From Leptogorgia sarmentosa (taxonomy: Eukaryota): DNA of 64,000 bases. The position numbers were made by a program, and so were the translations under genes. Positions 40,371 to 52,734 of this stretch are shown piece after piece. Where the stretch lies: NCBI GenBank assembly GCA_964658305.1, contig OZ210884.1:6448001-6512000 (forward strand), written 5' to 3'. A model generated the notes under the pieces. That model did no database searches and was not told where the DNA came from. It saw nothing but the letters and a program-made list of their open reading frames with translations. The number at the start of each line of letters is the position of its first letter. Positions within the stretch are counted from its first letter, which is position 1.

Positions 40371-41679
40371 TTTCAATGTGACCAGAAAGAACTGTCGATT
40401 TTCCAATTAACTGTTAAATAAATCCAGTTACTCTCGGTTTCAGATGAAACTCGTAATACGAATTAGTCAATAGATATATCAATTGCCGACATTCACCAAG
40501 TATTTGGTCTGCTCACAAAAGCATCTGACCCGCAAAAATGCATGCCGTAGTGGTAGCTATACTTATCATATAAATTGCCGACTCAAGCGTCACCCGCAAG
40601 TTGTCGTCAAGGAGATATAAACAGGACGTTAAATGCTTTTTAATTGACTTGAATACAATTTCTTCGGAGCGTGGGTCTTTTTGTCCTGCTCTCCCACATG
40701 ACTTTCATAACGAACAAGTCCACGAAAACCTGACGCCGTTATTGGTCTTTTAAATATAGATTTCATGAAGACAAAACGATTTAATTGTTCGGAACATCCT
40801 GAACATTTTGCCTTAAAAACTTTCATGCTTCTTTTCTGAAAAATATAGCCATATACATTTTTTCAAATGAATACCGCCTTGCATTGTATTAAAATATCCA
40901 TATATTAGCAAACTTTGTTTAATTGTTTGGATTGTTAAGCATAACATAAATGAATTGCTGATTTATTGCAAACTGTTCGGCTTTTCTTATGTTTGGCCGA
41001 AATTTTGGACTATGACGCAGGGATATAAGAGAGAATATGACGATTCTATAAGCTCCCACTAGTGGTTGAATGGATTATTGTACGCGTATAGAGAGGATCT
41101 GTGTCCAAAAAAGGCTACTCTTTGAAGTTAAGTTGTTTCATACGTTAATACTTCACTTTCAAACAAATCTTACTGGAGTAGCGCTTGAAGGATCGGTTTG
41201 GCCGGCGCGCCGACGCTGTCTGCATGTATATTCATGATTGTATTGTGTATTATTAATTTTTAGGGAACAAGCTTGAATTGTTTTGTAATGGCATAAAGAA
41301 ATTCTCCGCTATAATATCTTACGCATTCTTGGACTCAGCTAGCCAGTTAAAGCAATCAAAACAATTTTTCCGCGACACACTATAATGATTTCACAGACTG
41401 ATCAAAATTTCACCGCAGGAGTGAAACACAACACACGCATTATTCCTGCAACGTCATCCGTGGGAAATTTGGCGTTGTTTGAATTATATTTAAGCAAGTA
41501 ATTTTCCTAATAATATAATTATTTGACAGTGCAAGAATTATTATTATTTGGAATGCTATGGAGGAATAGAACGTTCCGAGTCTTTTGAATGTAACGTTAA
41601 CTATTGTAAACAACTTGTAAAATTTATCCTCAGCTTCAAGTATAATCTACATGTATATTCAAATTCATTAAACACCAGT

Positions 41680-41939
41680 GTGAGGTAATCCCAAAGGTAT
41701 TTAGATTCCGGATTCAAAGCCTTGGATTCTGGATTCCTCTCCATGGATTATGACTGGATTCTAGACTTGCATATTGGATTCTGGAATCCTTCTGTCTGGA
41801 TCCAATCCAAGGTCTGGATTCCAGATTCCTGAGATCCTGGATACCGCATCCTACTTCCTGCATTCCGAATTCCAAACCACCGGATTCCAGATTTCAAATC
41901 CAAAAAAGTCCAATTCGGGATTCAGAATTACCTCATACG
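41680..41939. repeat. GGATTC(C/T)-motif repeat element with short inverted ends
   Basis: Repeated ggattcc/ggattct motifs bounded by tgaggtaatc and aattacctca. Confidence 0.55.
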
Positions 41940-42713
41940 AGAAGCTAACTCGTAGCTGTAATGAAAAGGCCCAGACAGACCGAACGTAATTCCGCAACGC
42001 GACGTGATTTTTCAATTTTTAAATGCGCATAAAACAGTCCCAAAAAGTAAATGTTGGAAGCTACGTGAACCTCACGATGCCTTGAAGATGCCTTGCCGCT
42101 ATAAAATTTTTAATAATATTCCATCAGGAGCAATTATGTTATAATCGCTTCTTAAAACTGAAAATTGCCTTGCGTTGGCAAATCGCGTCCAATCTGTTTG
42201 GGCCATCATCGCTGTGCACGTGATTGCCATGTGGCACTATACTGTAGTTTTCCAAGCTATTGATATTTGTTCTTTGCTAGGATATCAACGAGAAGGAGTT
42301 ATGGTTAATTCGGCTCATTTTTTTCATCGAGCTAGATGTCGGTCATTATTACAAGCGCCTAAAAATAGAAGATTATTAAAATAGTTTACATTTGTAAAGT
42401 ATGCTCATTAAATTAAAGCATGCATGCATGGATTTAATTTGAAAAATTATAATTATAACCTAAATGGATAATCTGATGTAAAATTGTTTCATAAGATTGC
42501 GCATGCTGATCAACTCAACGAAGGTTATGAATACGAACAATTTCTACCCGAGTGTTTGCAGTGAGAATTCTATCACTGAAATTACAGGGGCGTTACGAGA
42601 GAGGAGACTGCGAGTCCTCTCCCCGAGTTATTTTTATAAACAACTTTGACATTATGTTGTTGGCAAGGTAATAACATAACTACTCCCGCCCCCTCACAAC
42701 AACCGCAGCTTCG

Positions 42714-45512
42714 CTACGTTCCTGAGTTTATCTTACCTAAAACGGCACCTTTGTGGTAATTATTATCCGTGATTTCTAAATTCCACACCATGTCAATGAC
42801 ACCATCACCGTTTAGTTCCACAAATCTTGCACCTGAGTTTTTACCACCAACGTTCGCGATACTATGAGGCGGGATAAACGAATCATCCAACTTCCAACCA
42901 CATCCAGTGTTCATAGCAGCTCCCTTGTGCGTTTGACCGTTGAAAAACACGTGCCAAACCATATCGTTTAAACCATCGCCATTAACATCAACAAATTTAG
43001 TTCCCAAGTCACCAACGTGATCAGCCGATATTTGGAAAGGTGGAATGTACTCAGGCGTCCATACCCACTGATATCCGTTGTTCATATACGCACCTTTTTG
43101 ACCAACCTTCCAATGCGAAAAAAGTATGGTATTACTTGTTGAATTAGGTAAAAGCGTTTCCGCAGGCCTGGCAAAATGAAAGTTGGAGTAAAGGCTGCAT
43201 TCCAGTTACGTGTTAGTCACACGTAGCTACGTGTACGCACTTAAAAGTCAAAATTCCTCTGTATTTCATTTTATTAATAAAATACCTTTAGAAACACATA
43301 CTACATCATTCAATGTATGAGATGCTTTAAATTTATTCATGTGATTGTATAGAAACGTTAAAATCAATTTCAATTTTCACGTGCGTACACGTACGTAAAA
43401 GAACGCGTAACTGGAAAGCAGCCTTAAGGGTTGATCGTTATCGCTTTTACTCTTGATGAGGGTAAAAGCGTTTCACAGGCCTGCCGGAACGAAATTTAGT
43501 GTGGGGGTTGATCGTTATCGCCATGCAGAAACGTGGGCTTTCAGGAGAGTCCGAGGACATGCTCTGACGACGACGAAGGAAACGAGAACGCGATAGCAGA
43601 GATGACAAGTAAATTGTCTGCCTTTAAATTGCAAGGGGAAAATACACCCTGGGGGAAATAGCATACGTAAGTAAACTCGAAAGCGAGGCTCAATCGCCAA
43701 ATCTTATTATTAACAATTTGGATTTCCGGTCAAAAATAACAAAAATGCATAAACAAAGATGGATTAATTTAAATTTTGTCAAATTTTATAAGATACTACA
43801 GTGCCGTTGCTAACTGGAGATAGAGTAATTGATGCTTTGTAATAAGGCTTACCGATTCAGCCTCGCTTTGATGTTACCGAAATGTGCTTTCCGAAAGGAA
43901 ATGAAATTACAATTTCAACATTTTCATTCTACCACTGATGAGAAATACCTTATTATTAATCCATCTATGATACACAAAGTCCACTCGACCATCGCCATTC
44001 AGGTCCACAAATCTTGCCCCCATGTCAGTAATACAACCGGAGGTAATATGAAATGGAGGTGTGAACTCAGGAGACTGGACCCATTTTAAACCATCATTGA
44101 TATATGCGCCCTTTTCGGCGGGTTTTCCATTGAGCCAGCGATGATATACAAAGTCTGTACGTCCATCTCCATTAAGATCTACAAATCTAGCACTTGAGTC
44201 ACTTAATTCATCATCTGCTATAGGATATGGGGGTGTAAATTGTGGGGCCACTTTCCAACCATTTCCTGTGAAAATTAAAAGAAGTGATTGCGAATACATT
44301 TAATGAAGACTGCGGCACTGTATAGGACCATGTTTTGTGCTGCAAACGTACTACGTGATAAATTGATATTTATTTTACGGTTACCAATGAGAAATTTTAT
44401 GAAATATAAAACAATTGACACACCGAAAAAGGTTTTCATTTTCAAGGACCGTCATCAGGAATGACTCCAAGTTAGTCGAATCAAAATAGTTTCTAGTGGC
44501 CAGGTACAGTATTTTCAAGGGAAAATTATAACGGAAGCATTTTTGAAACATATTTTTTTTAATCAAGGGTTTTTCGTGGCTATAGGGTGCTCACTAAATA
44601 ATTATCAAATTCTAATATCATTAAAAATTACTTGGTGTACATAAAATGTCCACTTTTGGCGTTACTGTTTTGTTTTGCATTGGTAGCTATGAAAATTCTT
44701 GCTTAATGGTCTGGTATAAATATGCTGTGTACCTGTATTGATATATGCACCCTTTTGTTGACGGCCTCCACTGAGACGTCGATGATAAATAAAGTCTATT
44801 TTTCCATCGCCATTAAGCTCAATAAACCTTGCTCCTACGTCTCCATGATTATCATGAGCAATGTGAAACGGTGGTGTGTACTCAGGTACCGATCTCCATC
44901 CTTCGCCTGTGTTTAAATAAGCTCCCTTTTGAACGAGGTCAGAATTTATCTGACGATGATGCACAAAGTCCATTTTGCCATCCCCATTCAAATCAATAAA
45001 ACGGGCACCTATAAACATAAAATATTCCAATTAGTCAATGGAAGTAATTTAACCATGCCTAACAAAAGGGGGTACTACGCCCAAATCCAAACAGCGTTGG
45101 TAAAAAAACTGTGTCAAATTGCCTTCTCGTATGGCCATGAGAAAAGCAAAATGGTAATATTATATTCTGATAGCACAACGAATCAGCTTCTGAGACGTCT
45201 TTGCGATCGAATCTGAATTGGGAGTTTGTTTCTATTTCTATTAATAGCATAATCAAATCCGTGTACCTAGATCCTTGCCGGTACTATCAGCAATGGGAAA
45301 TGGTGGTTCAAAATTTGCAGCCGTTACAAAGGTTTGTGTGTCACGATCGTTCATATACGCTCCTTTATAAACCTGGTTTGGGATCCGTAGATGATAAACG
45401 AAGTCCATACGGCCATCTCCGTTGAGATCGACAAATCGTGATCCCTGATCTCCAGTCCTGTTGGAGTAAATAGGATGTGGAGGAATATATCCTGCTGCAT
45501 CTGTCCAATTAT
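42714..45512 (-). other. Seven FG-GAP/VCBS-like repeats (predicted 7-bladed beta-propeller), exons 10-13 of peroxidase copy 1
   Basis: Consensus G(A/S)RF(V/I)(D/E)LNGDGxxDF(V/I)YH..KGAYxNxG..W....(Y/F)xPPFxI is seen 1+2+2+2 times. Confidence 0.8.
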
Positions 45513-48500
45513 CTGAAATAAATCAGTCACTTCTAGCATTAGTAGAACAACAGACGGTCCCAGGGTAGGTTGAACGACAGCTGAGGTGAAGAAATTACAA
45601 ATGCCTCAAAATTGTAAACGATACTTCGACGTATGGAGCAAAAATAAACCTACAAAGCCACAAGAAACGTACGCAATTTTGGTTTATCTTAGTGGAAGAA
45701 AGTGTTGCTAGAACTGGGGCGGATAACATCGTTTCAAAGAAAAGACATTTGAAAGGTCAGGTAGAAGCTTCCAGAGCTCCTGTCGTACATGCAGAAATTA
45801 CATAAAATATTGCCACGAAAAAATTATCTAGTTTCAAAAATCTCTACATTTAGAAAGCTCTACAATTTTCTCTTTACTTTACAATACTGATAATGGAATG
45901 AGAATTACTTACTCTGACAAAATATCTGGTTTTCTCCACAGCTACAGGAGCACTTCTTGGTAATAGTGTCAAGGTGAGGTTTGCCAGTCAAACACTCTAA
46001 ATCATCAAACAAAAATAAAAAGTTATTCTTGAGATATACTTTGTCATCCTTGCATAAAAAACCACTGATGCTTTTAACTTGCTTTAGTTTTTAAGCTAAG
46101 TAAAGTTCGCAGCCAAATTTTAAATGACTGGAGAGACAGCCCCGAGAGACAAAATGGTGGTGCTAGTTGTACATAATAAAAGTGAAGAATTTACCTTTCC
46201 AAGGGCATAAAGTCATTCCTGGTATTTCGGAACACGAAGGTCTGTTTTGGTTTACTGCTGATCTGAACGCATTTCTTTGCATTGATACGATGCCATTTAC
46301 ATTATCGCAGTAAATTCGTGACATACTAGTATTTTTAATCTCCTGAACTTGTGATGGAGTGAAGACATCCTTGTTTTCGTAAAAGAATCGGTCGCCATCT
46401 CTTGTACGCTTAAACTGTTCGCCCACAACACATCGTAATATTGGACCCACTGCAGCTCCTTCGACAGGGGTTTCAGCAATACCAGCTAACCATAATTCAA
46501 CTAAATCGGGGTTGTCATTGTATAATTCTTTCAGGATTCGCCTATTTTCCGGATCCTGTATTTCCGTTAAAGTTTCTTCAAATGATACTGCTACTGGGAA
46601 ACCACAAAATTCCCTATACGCGTTGTAGCCTGGTAGACCATGGTCACGTGACCGTTGTAGGTTCAACGCAGCAAGATTTTCTCCATGTTTGTTTCCACGT
46701 TGAAATAAGTGCTCTGTGATCTCTTTTGTGAGATGTACATCAACTCGTTCAGAAATATTACCAACAAGTCCTAACAGTAATGGCTCAACGCCATAAGTAT
46801 TCACAGTGGTACTGTTGAAGAATAAAAATCTGAGTTTCAAAGCTGGAGCTATTGGATCGAAGTTAGCGTTCAATAAATCAAACTTTGATCTAATCATACT
46901 GTGCCCTAGTCTGTACGCAAGAGTAAATGCATTGATTATGCCTGGATTGACATCTTCGTTGTGGCCAGTATAAGCTGGTAAAGCGTCTGTTCCAAGAAGA
47001 ATTGGCAGGTAGTCTTCATAGACAATCTTTTGCATCACACCTCCAACTATCTTTCTGGTTTCCTGAAAGATTTTTTCTCCATCCCAGTGCTTGTTTAACA
47101 TCTTTAGTGCTTTGGCAATGCGATTGTGCTCGCGAAGAAAGAGAGTGTGGAAGGCTGTAAGGCCTTGTTGATCATTCGCTCGGATATCACCTCCAACGAA
47201 ACAAGTTTGCACGCATGAAGATGCTCTGCAGCTTGTGTCAAGTGGTAAAAAATCCCCTTTCGACGTTCGCAAAAGTCCTTCATCATCTGAAACAGATAAT
47301 TTTTATGCTATAGTTCTTTTCCATTGTTTTACCCTAAAGATCAGGAAGTTGAACAGAGGAAAAAAATTGCAGCGAAATATATATAATATGCTCTAAAAAT
47401 TTCAATTTCAGAAAAACAGGTTAAGGCGTTCGTAATTCGTGAAAGTGTTGTTGATTAAACAAACAATATCCTGAGGGAACTTTAGATTCTCGACGGGTAC
47501 GAACTCTTGTACAATGTGGTCATAATTCTAACAAAAACATCCTACCTGATGACTGATAAACAACACCATTATCCACTAAATATTGTCCATTCCACCCAGT
47601 TGTGACGTAGGACGCTTCACGAAGGAGTTTCCAACTCGTGCCAAAAACATTTTGCGCTGATACACCCAGACGCATGTGTAAATTTCCGTGAGAGTTAATA
47701 GCATACACATCACCGATTGCTCCAACGTCAACTTGCTTCATCAGTCCATCAATCGATATCAAACTGGCGCCTGCGCAACTGTCCCGGAGAACTCCTTCGA
47801 TATAATAAACATATCCTGTGCTATCTACACCCCAGCATCCCAAAGTTCCACAGCTGACATAACTCAAACGGGCATCAATTTTCACCCATTCTTTGCCCAC
47901 GTGATTGGAGTTAATCACTCCACTGCGTTGGTAAACTTCATTGCTCTCCGTCACTCCCAGAACAATTCCCACTGGACCAGAATCAATTTGTTTGAGTTTA
48001 AGACCTGGAACATGTTTCCAATTTGCTGAACGGTAATAATGATGATAAACATCGTTGCTTCCATCCACAGCCCAAACTCCTGAAATAAATAATTTTTAAA
48101 ATTTTACTTCTATTTGCCATAATATTGCTCCACAGCTTGTTCCAAGTCTTTCAAAGACTGGCTGCAATTAATAAGCAAAGGGAATATTTTTTTCAAAAAG
48201 AAAGGATGCGGGAAAAGAGATTACTAATCAATTTGTGGTTACATGAAATGTTCCCTTTTTATTTCTTAATTTATTTCTTTACAAATAATTCAAGTTCTCA
48301 TAATAAAATATTACCTGATTCACCAGCGGTAACATGTTTCATTTTCCCTTCCATCTTTTCCCATGTTTTATCAGGTTTTAAACGGAATACATCTTCATTA
48401 TCATTAACTGCCCACACTTCGCTTGTCAATCCTGTGTCGATTTGTTTCATGGAACCTTCGATTGTTGTCCAAACCTCTAAAAATAACGAAAAATATTTAT

Positions 48501-51500
48501 CATTTGACAGATTCCTTCACCGCGGTGTTATATTAACCAGTCTAACCTCGAAATTTGGTTTACTCGAGTTCTCGCTATCTGCACGTAATTAATATTATTG
48601 TAATGACATCGCCTTGTATCTTTCGCTATTTGATTGCATCTTTTCACTATTCTATGTAAATAGTTCTAATATCATGTACGTACGCTGTTAGATATTTATT
48701 TTAGCAATTGTGATACTTAAAAGTCCAATAGGTTTTCCAAAGGTCCCTAGCCCATTATTACTTTGTAAATAATGCAAATAATTTTGTCATTTTTATCTTT
48801 TCGTGGGTAAGTAAACTCGTAAATACTTTTAATTGAACCTTGGTCTTCTCTGTCCACATGCGTCATATACGATTGTTCAAAGCTCAAGTCTATTTAGCAT
48901 AAACGCTACAAATGGGAATTTCATGGGTACGAAGTGCATATTCTATGATTCCATGCGGTATACGTAATCACGTGGAAGAAAGAAACGTTTGGGCTTACAT
49001 GCAGCTTACACGGAAATCCTATTTTTTTTTAACAACCATGGAAAAATCATGCCTTACTTCTCTTATCTCTTAGACTGTCTGCTGTTTTGCTTGCTGATCC
49101 ATAAATATTAGATGCGTCGATTACTGAGGTAACAATATTGATTTGTTGTCTTTCTTCAGGGTACCCATCTTGATGGCACATTGCCGTTGACCTGATCAGT
49201 GGTATGCAGGGTGGTTGTTTGTTTTCAAGTGGAAGAATTGGATAACACGGAGCGTCGTAATCAGTTTCAGATCCATCGCAGCTGCATGACAGAACAATAA
49301 AAGATTATTAAAACAAGAAACAATGTAGTTCTATACATGGATAGATACAAAGGCGTTAGTGATCTGGAAGATATACCTAGACATCCACAACCATTTGTTA
49401 ATGATAAATGTAATGAAACTATAAGAACATCGACAAACAAGCGTAGAAGTTGAATACATGGCTAAAATTATATTTTAAATGCACTTTTAGTTTTTCCACA
49501 ATACACATTGAAACACCAGCTGTTTTTGCATGAGCTCATTAGATAATAACTAACGTTAATTGGGTTTACGTAACGTAAGAGCTGAATTAAAGATTGCACA
49601 CTCTGTCGTGCCTGGGGCTTCGTGGGGCTTCGGTGGCGCAATCGTCAGAGCAAGCGCCTTTCACCTCTGAGATCGTGAGTTCGATCCTCACATCAGACCA
49701 ATGACACTTACGTGAAAAGAGTTAGTCAACGCTCTACCGAAAGTCGTGGGTTTTCTCCGGGTACTCCGGTTTCCTCCCACAGGGAATGTTGACAGGGTGT
49801 GTTGGGATTAGCCCCCTAACTGACCCTTCCCCCGTAGCTGTGCTCCTTGAATCAGACATGAGTCATAAGGTGGCTGCCAGAGGCGCCCTTAGTAAGCCTT
49901 AAACTCGATCAGGCTGAGCTGCGTCCTTCGTAATTCAGCTTAGCTCTCAGCTGCAAGTAAGGATGATTAGCACACGTCACTTACTTACTTACTTTTGCAC
50001 AAGGGGAATATATTATTGCACCCTCAAAAAAGTGCAGTCTCGGTTGTATTTAAAACGGCAAAGTGTTGGCGCCAATTTGTTTTAATACTGGCTGGTTGCA
50101 CCAGTTAAACATAATAATAGTGGTGGACTCGACTTTATAATTTCTAAACAGAATTACCTTCTTCTTAAACATGCGTCACCTCCAGATTCCTCTGCAGACA
50201 ATGTTAAGTCGTGGTCGAGGAATTGACCAAACTGCATCATGAGGGGAGTGAGACCTGGATCTGCCGATGAAGCGACCTCGTCTTTGATAAAATATTTGGT
50301 AACGTTGAAAGGCGAAGGTAGTGAGGGAGCATTGATTTGATTAGGAAAGTTAACTGGATCGTTCAGACCATCTGTATCGTAATATTTCTATCAGGGAAGT
50401 ACAGAACACATTTCGCATCATGTTTCATTTGAGAAACAATTCTAAATTACTATCATTGTTGCATTGCTGTCTATTTCATGAAATAAGGGTTAGAGAAATT
50501 AATGTTTAACTACTGTTGACTTGTTAAGGCCTTGTTACACCAGCACTTTTTTTGTAACTTGCAACGCAATCAGTCTCCTGTTGAGAGATGTTAAATGGGC
50601 AAGTACCAATGTTCATTAGTCTTCACTAATTTCCAGTATCACTTAAGAGTAAAATAGATCTTTTCTGAAATATAAAAACAAGGTGCATGTTGGTCTAGCT
50701 TCAGTGCAAACAATTCCATATAAGGCATGATGAATAAATAATCTTGTGCTGAAGCTAGCCGCTATTTCATTGTCAGGTCTAAAAGGTCTATCAGCAAGTT
50801 GCAAGAAAAATTGCATCGTGTAACAGGGCCTTTAAATCTGATAACTTGAAAAATAAAAAAAAACGCCTGAAATATTTACCGCTGGTCGGATTCGTTCAAG
50901 GGGCGTTTCCGCGCCACCGCCGATTGGATATTTCAAGTTGCTACATTTTCCATCAATGCGACGATACATAGGTTTCTTCAAGCACGTCACTGGAGTTGTG
51001 ATTTCTTTACATAATGATTCTTTTTTCATTTTAGTTAAAGTAGCACTCGAGAAAAGCTCAGAGTTTTGGAGGGAGGAAAGAACTGCTCCTTTACCAAAGA
51101 GAATTTCTAAACAGATAAAGCAAAATACAATAAAATAGTCGACAATTTACACATTTAAAGCTACCATTTTGTACGCAAAATCATGATATGGTTAGATAGG
51201 AAAATCATAATATATATAAATGGTCTCTGACAGATGACGTGGCATATGCACTATATACTGAATGCGATTGGGCCATGCCATACTGTGGTAAACATTGCTT
51301 TCAGGGGTGGCCTTGCATCGTTAGTGGTTTGGGCTTTCAGCCTGAAGGCCGATACTTATCTTGCGCCCTTCTGAACAGTTTTCGAAAATTACTTTGCTAC
51401 GAGAGTAGGAGAAAATTGATTGCACTTTTTATAATAGTTTCGCACTATTCCAGTTTCCAGTCCTCTAATCTATTTTAGTGTTCCATTATTTTGATATATG

Positions 51501-52734
51501 GTAGTACTTTTCGCATTGTTACTGCAATTTGATTGATAGTATGTCTATAGTTGGTTATCAACAAAAAAATCCTCAACTGTGTAAGGGGTGGTGACTGGGG
51601 GCTAAAATCATGGGAACCAATGTGAGGTAATAACCAGTTGGGTTTAACCGCGAAACCGTATTTCGTTAGGGCAACCATACCCTGATTAAAAGATGATTAA
51701 TAAAATGATTAAAAAGTTGTGTTATTTACCATAACTATGGATCACACTTTCTTTCACAACTGCGATTGCCTTTGTCACAATCTGCTCCGCTTTTGACGTG
51801 TTAGATAGTGGGTACCCTGTGGACACTTGCTGCAATATAACATCTAAAATTGCTGGAATAAATATTGTAGTCGCAGGCGTCGTGTGCATCATATTTCCCC
51901 GCGCTAGTTTAACAGCATCCAACGCATGCTTATCACCATAGTTGACGGGGAGGACCAAAACCTGTAATTCTGTAGTGGCCACTTGACCTTCTGCTGCAGC
52001 ATTAATAATGAATCTTGAGTTGTTGTGACGTTGCTCGACTTCTAGCAGAAGGGTAAGATGTCCAGAGCTTGGAACGATCGCCAGAACAGTCGATGGATTG
52101 GAAAAATTGTAAATAACCCCGACAGGTGGGTTACTGACTTCTATTCTACCAATTGGGCCAGCTGGATGACTGTTGGTTAGGATAATTGCGTATTTTTCAT
52201 GCTCAAACTGTAGACCTAGCCCGAAAATAGATAATAAGATTTAACATGACGAATTAAGTAATATAGTAAAACCACGTTGAGAACTTGTAACAGTATTCCT
52301 AGATCTGGATATAACTAAACCGAGATTTTCCCATAAACTGCAAAAGTTAGCTCAAAATATACCTCAAATATGCATGAACTTTCGTTAGATAGGAAAAACT
52401 ATACAGTTGGTTATGTTTCAAAATTCTAATCAATTTATCTCACATTTTATTAATTCTAATTCATGAAATTTATCTTCAATTTAATTTATCAGTGTTCAAT
52501 AAATTCAAAAAGAACGCAATCGAATAAAATTATTCTTTAAATTAGAACTGCTATTAAAGAGAAAACAAGGTGTAAAAAGAGCAGAGTGTAAAAATTTGGC
52601 TCGTAAAGAGTAAAGACTTAAAAAGAGTTTAATGAGGCTAGGTTCTGGGAAAAACGTGATAATTTAGGCCAACAGGACTTACCTTTGATAGATGCGAAAG
52701 AAATGTACATAAAATATATGGTAAAGAGCTTCAT
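42714..52734 (-). CDS. Mosaic secreted animal heme peroxidase, copy 1 (complete, 13 coding exons): 52734-52683, 52215-51730, 51106-50880, 50387-50158, 49281-49058, 48476-48315, 48079-47546, 47286-46195, 45996-45913, 45512-45267, 45008-44733, 44265-43949, 43106-42714
   Basis: All introns are GT-AG and the frame is continuous. Signal peptide MKLFTIYFMYISFASIKG. Peroxidase-cyclooxygenase superfamily motifs: YRRIDGKCSNL, MQFGQFLDHD (distal His), TSVIDASNIYGS (Ca site), GDIRANDQ (distal Arg), LFLREHNRIA, YRLGHS (proximal His), LAALNLQRSRDHG, RDGDRFFYEN. Exons 6-7 carry tectonin repeats; exons 10-13 carry seven (D/E)xNGDGxxD repeats. Confidence 0.9.
43192..43423. mobile_element. MITE in the last intron of peroxidase copy 1 (shared with copy 2 at ~57251-57482)
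   Basis: TIRs aggctgcattccagttacg..cacgtagctacgtgtacgcac / gtgcgtacacgtacg..cgtaactggaaagcagcct. Confidence 0.75.
47546..48476 (-). other. Tectonin/fish-egg-lectin-like beta-propeller (about 6 repeats), exons 6-7 of peroxidase copy 1
   Basis: Repeats of the W-x-x-I-x-G-x-(L/M)-K-Q-I-D-x-G..V-W-(A/G)-V-(N/D) type: WTTIEGSMKQIDTG..VWAVN, WEKMEGKMKHVTAG..VWAVD, WKHVPGLKLKQIDSG, WVKIDARLSYVSCG..CWGVD, IDGLMKQVDVG..VYAIN, WKLLREASYVTTG. Confidence 0.8.
49614..49994 (+). mobile_element. tRNA-derived SINE (V-SINE-like core) in intron 4 of peroxidase copy 1
   Basis: Pol III A box (ggtggcgcaatcg) and B box (gagttcgatcc), core gtgggttttctccgggtactccggtttcctcccac, and an (actt)n tail. Absent at the matching site of copy 2 (~63615-63625). 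Confidence 0.8.
50527..50831. mobile_element. MITE in intron 3 of peroxidase copy 1
   Basis: aggccttgttacac..ttttgtaacttgc / gcaagttgcaagaaaa..gtgtaacagggcct, flanked by tta. Confidence 0.7.

Noticed and set aside
42714..45030. FG-GAP ORFs as bacterial contamination or an integrin alpha gene
   Set aside because: They are interrupted by GT-AG introns and splice in frame to the peroxidase; there are no integrin thigh/calf, TM or GFFKR features.
49624..49700. tRNA-like sequence
   Set aside because: A and B boxes are present but there is no convincing cloverleaf, and it continues into a SINE core and tail.
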